Below, in pieces: positions 59,905 through 64,000 of a DNA stretch of 64,000 nucleotides. Origin of the DNA: an uncultured Desulfurococcales archaeon (GTDB taxonomy: Archaea; Thermoproteota; Thermoprotei_A; EX4484-217-1). Location: the NCBI GenBank assembly GCA_964526225.1, contig CAZGLL010000004.1, positions 3,455 to 67,454 of the forward strand, given 5' to 3'. The translations under genes were made by a program, and so were the position numbers. Each line of letters begins with the position of its first letter. Position 1 is the stretch's first letter. The notes below the pieces were generated by a model. That model was not told the origin of the DNA, made no database searches, and saw nothing but the letters and a program-made list of their open reading frames with translations.

Positions 59905-60354
59905 AGAACTTAGCGGAAAAATCTCCATTAGGGTGGCTATAACCGTAGGTAAAACTATTAAGAAGCCGTAAGCGTAAAGTATAAGTCTTAAATCTATGGT
60001 TACTTCAACAGCGACATTATCTACAATAACGGTTCTACTGAAAATTCCGCTTTCCAATAAGGTGTAGATTAGTAGGAAGCTTATTATGAATAAAGCTAAA
60101 CGAAGCGATTTACCTAAAACCTTCCATACTCTGCTTTCTTCAAGAACCCCTATGATTATCGATAGAAAAATTATTGTTGCGAAATAAGCTTCAACATTAT
60201 ATTCAACAGTAAATACGTACTCAGTCTTAAAACTCTCATATAATGATTTTTCAAAATAACCTCCAATACTACTAATAAGCCATAAGGGAATAATTATGGT
60301 TACAATTGATGTTCCCAAACCCTTCAGAACTCCCTTAATAATGCTTTTCCACAA
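59893..60354 (-). CDS. Hypothetical membrane protein
   Basis: Four hydrophobic segments; GGTGA RBS. Confidence 0.65.
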   Translation of the reverse strand: MWKSIIKGVLKGLGTSIVTIIIPLWLISSIGGYFEKSLYESFKTEYVFTVEYNVEAYFATIIFLSIIIGVLEESRVWKVLGKSLRLALFIISFLLIYTLLESGIFSRTVIVDNVAVEVTIDLRLILYAYGFLIVLPTVIATLMEIFPLSSLKK

Positions 60355-60366
60355 CTTACATCACCA

Positions 60367-61092
60367 CTAAATTTTAATGATTATTGTTCTCGAGGAAACA
60401 ACTTTCCCCTTTACCAGTAGGTTTATGGAGAAAGCAACCCCCTTCTCTAAATCTTCCTTTGGAACATTAACTAGGGGTAGGTTTAAAACAGTGGTATTAC
60501 ATGGCATTAATGTGATATTTGATGTTTTAGAATAATTTAGTGCTGTAAAAACGACCTTACCATGAATTTCTAATGGTAAATAGTTAATTATAGTAGCGTT
60601 CATAGTTACACTACATTCTGAATTATAAGCGGTGTAGCCTACTTTAAGAGGCTCTATTTTGATTCCGTAAGCATCTTTGAAATCTCTAAAAGCTATCTTC
60701 AGCGGTATAATGCCGTCGTAATTGAATTCGAAGCCTAATAACAAAGAACTGTTCCCATAAATTACGTTTCCTAAGTATTCTAAAGGAACTTTGATTGTTA
60801 AATTAGCTGTTTCGTTATGCCCTAAATTTATGGAGTGACTTTTTAAAGTAATATTTTTTATTTTCAAAAACGCTTTGAAGTTTTTTAACACACGTTGTCC
60901 ATTATAGCTAACTTCAATGTTAAACTTTAAGCCATCATTTTCGGGTATGCATTCAATGTTAGCTATTTTTGCTTTGAAATTTCCCTGACCTAAATCGGAA
61001 GTTAATGAGAATATTTCGATAAGTAACACTAAAAATATGAGTAATGCTAATGCGTAACCTAGCAGTTTAATTAAACTGCTAATTCCCTTCAA
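60367..61092 (-). CDS. Hypothetical membrane-anchored beta-rich protein
   Basis: N-terminal TM and many NxS/T sequons. Confidence 0.65.
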   Translation of the reverse strand: MKGISSLIKLLGYALALLIFLVLLIEIFSLTSDLGQGNFKAKIANIECIPENDGLKFNIEVSYNGQRVLKNFKAFLKIKNITLKSHSINLGHNETANLTIKVPLEYLGNVIYGNSSLLLGFEFNYDGIIPLKIAFRDFKDAYGIKIEPLKVGYTAYNSECSVTMNATIINYLPLEIHGKVVFTALNYSKTSNITLMPCNTTVLNLPLVNVPKEDLEKGVAFSINLLVKGKVVSSRTIIIKI

Positions 61093-61121
61093 AGTTTAGC
61101 ACCGAAGCACTAATGCCACTA

Positions 61122-61409
61122 TTAGTAATGTTCTTCTTCACTAGCTGTTAGTAACGATACTCCTCTTAGTGTAATTATTGAACTAATCCATCCCATTATT
61201 CCTAAGAAAGCTATTTTCATTACTAAGTATATTCCCCAACTAAGCATCCATGAAATAATGTTTTCTGTAGAGCTTGCTTCAGGTATTGCTACGCTTTTGT
61301 ATTCTATATATGCGAAAATAAACACTGTAAGCAGTAAAACCAAACCTATTGCTAAAAGAATAAAACCACTATATTTACTTGCTTTCTTGGACAATATATT
61401 CTGCCTCAA
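61122..61409 (-). CDS. Small 2-TM hypothetical protein
   Basis: Two hydrophobic helices; first gene of a three-gene membrane operon. Confidence 0.6.
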   Translation of the reverse strand: MRQNILSKKASKYSGFILLAIGLVLLLTVFIFAYIEYKSVAIPEASSTENIISWMLSWGIYLVMKIAFLGIMGWISSIITLRGVSLLTASEEEHY

Positions 61410-61626
61410 AATAATAGATGTTTTTAGTTATGTAAAAATGTTGTTAACAATAGGTTTTAACCTAAAAATCCGCGTATTTTAGCTGTTTCAGTAACGTATG
61501 AGAAGACTTCGAATCCGATGATGCTTGAGAAACCATTGTAACATATCTTTCCTCAAGTTCCTCACAGTTTTTACTTAATATGTCAATGTTTTTCAACGTC
61601 TTCATATTAGTTTTCCCGTAAATATC

Positions 61627-63501
61627 CTATGATATTTCGATTAAACCTAGCTTTGCTAATGCTTGAATAGTTCTCGCAAAGTCCTTCTCTTCGAACCATC
61701 CATATTCTGAAACCATTAGTTCGTAAAGTTCACGATATGTCCATGGCTTAGTGTTTAATGCAACTATGGTGCTGTATGTTATTGAGAACAATGCTCTATT
61801 CTTCTCCATTAACTTAGCTAGTTTCATAGCGAGCTTTGGTTGCTTAGATAATGCTTTTCTCATGCTGAACATTTGCTTTACCTTAAGCTTTAATGTTTTA
61901 TCTTCTAGTTTTCTAGAGACCTTAACCTTAACGTCCCTATATTTTATTTTTCTTGAAATATCTTTCTTTATTTTCTTGACCTTGCCGCAAAAACTGCTCC
62001 ATCTCTTACATATGCTTTCTAAGCTAGATAAAGCGTAGTTTAGGTAGTATTTCGAAAAAATGTTCCTTAAAACATTGGCTTCTTTATGACTTAATATTGT
62101 TGCTAATTTTTCATAGTAATCTCTCATTAAGTATGAGTGTATTATTTCAACTATTGTTTGTGGAGGGGTTTTAAGCGAAACAGTATAGCCTAGTGTTAAA
62201 GCCATAATACCTGACATTTTAAGCATTTCAGGATCTACTTTATCAGGGGTGTCCATATGTGTATGATAGTACCTATCCGGCCACTGATTAAGCATTATTG
62301 AGGGTTTTCTTGCAAAACAGAAAACGTCATGATCGCTTCCTACGGAATACTCTGTTGAAGCATATCTTACCTTAGGGGTTCTTGTTGAGCTACTAAATGT
62401 CTGCTCTCTTCTAAACACAATATCTGCTATATACTCAGCTAATTCATTTCCAAAGTAAGGTAGAACTAAGGGGGACTTTATTATGTTAAATACCGAACCT
62501 ACTTTCCATTGGGATTCGCCGACCATGTCCAAATTTATTAGGAAACTTACTTCACTAACTACTGATGGTTCTTTAGCTAGAATAGCTAACGTACCCGTAT
62601 ACTCTGGAACCCAAATGAATCTAAAGCCTAATTCTCCTCGATTAAGTTCTCCCCTATCATAGATTGTCTTTATTGTTCTAGCCATTTCGATCAATGTTGC
62701 TGAGCCAGAAGCATTATCATTAGCTCCCGGTGATGGATGACAATAGTGAGCTATGAAACCGACATATTCTTCTCTTTCACCTTCAACATCAGCTACTATT
62801 GAGAATCCCTGTTTAACCCTATGTTCAGCATCTACAAAGGCTTGAACAACAACATTCCTACCACGTTCGATAGCTGAAATCATTTCGTTAGCTACTCTTT
62901 CAGAAACAGATAATGCAATGGTTTTCGAGAACTTTCTAGTCTCCTTCCTAGTAAGAAATAGTCCAAAATAGGGTACAGCATTTGGTTCAGGAGAATTCCT
63001 CTTAAAAACAATTATACCTTTAGCTCCAGCTTTAGCTGCTTCTACGAAAACATTGTAGGGTCTTTCAGATACGAGAACAAATTTCCCTTCAACATTCACC
63101 TTCCTAAAAATCCCCGATTTCCAAGAGCCAACGTATACTACTTCTCCTTCGAAAACTTCCCCACGAGTTCCCGGGGAATGAGCAACCACCATCGTTGGAA
63201 CTTCCTTAAACGTCGAAATGAGTTTTTCATGAGGCTTAACTACTTTCAACCAAGCATCCCTAATGTCCCATCCTAAAGGCACCGTGAAACCGAAGAATTC
63301 GGAAACACCATTAAACATGAATGTTACCTTCTTAACGCTTAAACCGTAACCTTTAACTTGTTTGAAAATGTAGTTTCCAGCATCAATAAGCCCCTGCGAA
63401 CCCTGAATCCTATGATACCTAGAAATTTCGTAGACATGTTCCAAAGCACTTTTCGACGAAAACTCCTTCTCAAAAATCTTAACTGTCTTCTTCAAATCCA
63501 A
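61627..63501 (-). CDS. M28-family aminopeptidase-like protein (DUF4910 type, with PA domain)
   Basis: HRIQGS, AHYCHP, GANDNASG, PEYTG, NLDMVG, GSDH and YYHTHMD motifs. Confidence 0.85.
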   Translation of the reverse strand: MDLKKTVKIFEKEFSSKSALEHVYEISRYHRIQGSQGLIDAGNYIFKQVKGYGLSVKKVTFMFNGVSEFFGFTVPLGWDIRDAWLKVVKPHEKLISTFKEVPTMVVAHSPGTRGEVFEGEVVYVGSWKSGIFRKVNVEGKFVLVSERPYNVFVEAAKAGAKGIIVFKRNSPEPNAVPYFGLFLTRKETRKFSKTIALSVSERVANEMISAIERGRNVVVQAFVDAEHRVKQGFSIVADVEGEREEYVGFIAHYCHPSPGANDNASGSATLIEMARTIKTIYDRGELNRGELGFRFIWVPEYTGTLAILAKEPSVVSEVSFLINLDMVGESQWKVGSVFNIIKSPLVLPYFGNELAEYIADIVFRREQTFSSSTRTPKVRYASTEYSVGSDHDVFCFARKPSIMLNQWPDRYYHTHMDTPDKVDPEMLKMSGIMALTLGYTVSLKTPPQTIVEIIHSYLMRDYYEKLATILSHKEANVLRNIFSKYYLNYALSSLESICKRWSSFCGKVKKIKKDISRKIKYRDVKVKVSRKLEDKTLKLKVKQMFSMRKALSKQPKLAMKLAKLMEKNRALFSITYSTIVALNTKPWTYRELYELMVSEYGWFEEKDFARTIQALAKLGLIEIS

Positions 63502-63571
63502 AACAATACCACCCTATCTTACTACAATAATGGTTATGGTTATTAAGTGATTTTCTCAAAGCAGTCTATGG

Positions 63572-63886
63572 CTATACGAAAATTACTTCTTCAAATTTCT
63601 CCTTAAACTCAGGATGCTTCCAAAGCTATCTCTTAACGAAACTACATGAAACCTTAAGCTTCCTAAAACCTTTGCTTAAAGCGTAGTTCAAGGCCTCCCT
63701 AACAGCAATAGAAGCTAAACCCCTACCTCTAAAAGCCCTAAGTGTGTACGTTGAAACTAGATGGAAAACATCATCTTCAATCCTATATAAAAGTCTAACA
63801 GCTCTTTTACCGCATACTTTAACATAAAACATTTCATTATTAAAACCAACTTCAACTTCTTCGCACTTGTCAACATCTAGCTTCAT
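63572..63886 (-). pseudogene. YjdJ-like GNAT acetyltransferase with an in-frame TAG at 63626-63628
   Basis: FRGRGLA...CSFVKR*LWKHPEF. The family-like C-terminus continues past the stop for 17 codons. Confidence 0.65.
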
Positions 63887-64000
63887 GACCTAGATCCCGC
63901 GGAACTTCTTCCTTTAAAAACTTCAAGAAAGCAGATAAAGATTTCTCTTACAAAATTATTAAAGAGACATTAGGTATCTAACTCTTCAGCAAAGTTACAA

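Noticed and set aside
1..64000. CRISPR array, rRNA genes, cas or transposase genes, and the many short antisense ORFs
   Set aside because: I saw no regularly spaced direct repeats, no rRNA-like GC-rich blocks and no such proteins. The short ORFs nested opposite confident genes are treated as spurious.

Overview
This is an AT-rich archaeal chromosomal segment. Gene content and the BRE-TATA promoters suggest a thermophilic TACK/Thermoproteota-type archaeon (inference). It carries a glycine cleavage system next to a methanopterin-type pterin biosynthesis cluster, TrkH, LysW-pathway genes (lysJ/argD, lysX, argF), a MacB/LolCDE-type ABC transporter with an S-layer-domain protein, a transglutaminase-DUF58-MoxR set, trpB2, mpgS, and a group 4 membrane [NiFe]-hydrogenase operon with an embedded HdrB-like gene and adjacent hypCDEF. 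The standout locus is 37720-38754. A tRNA-Gln(CUG) gene is broken at the canonical 37/38 position into two halves 959 bp apart. The halves have a perfect 17-bp complementary GC-rich leader/trailer and form a bulge-helix-bulge. Each half appears to have its own promoter, which suggests a split, trans-spliced tRNA. Between the halves, on the opposite strand, is a double-motif LAGLIDADG endonuclease gene. That gene is interrupted by an exactly 200-bp GG-flanked IS607-like miniature element carrying a TnpB omega-RNA-like sequence. A second, stand-alone copy of a similar RNA lies at about 41135-41268. All protein calls come from recognising motifs by eye; no database searches were run.
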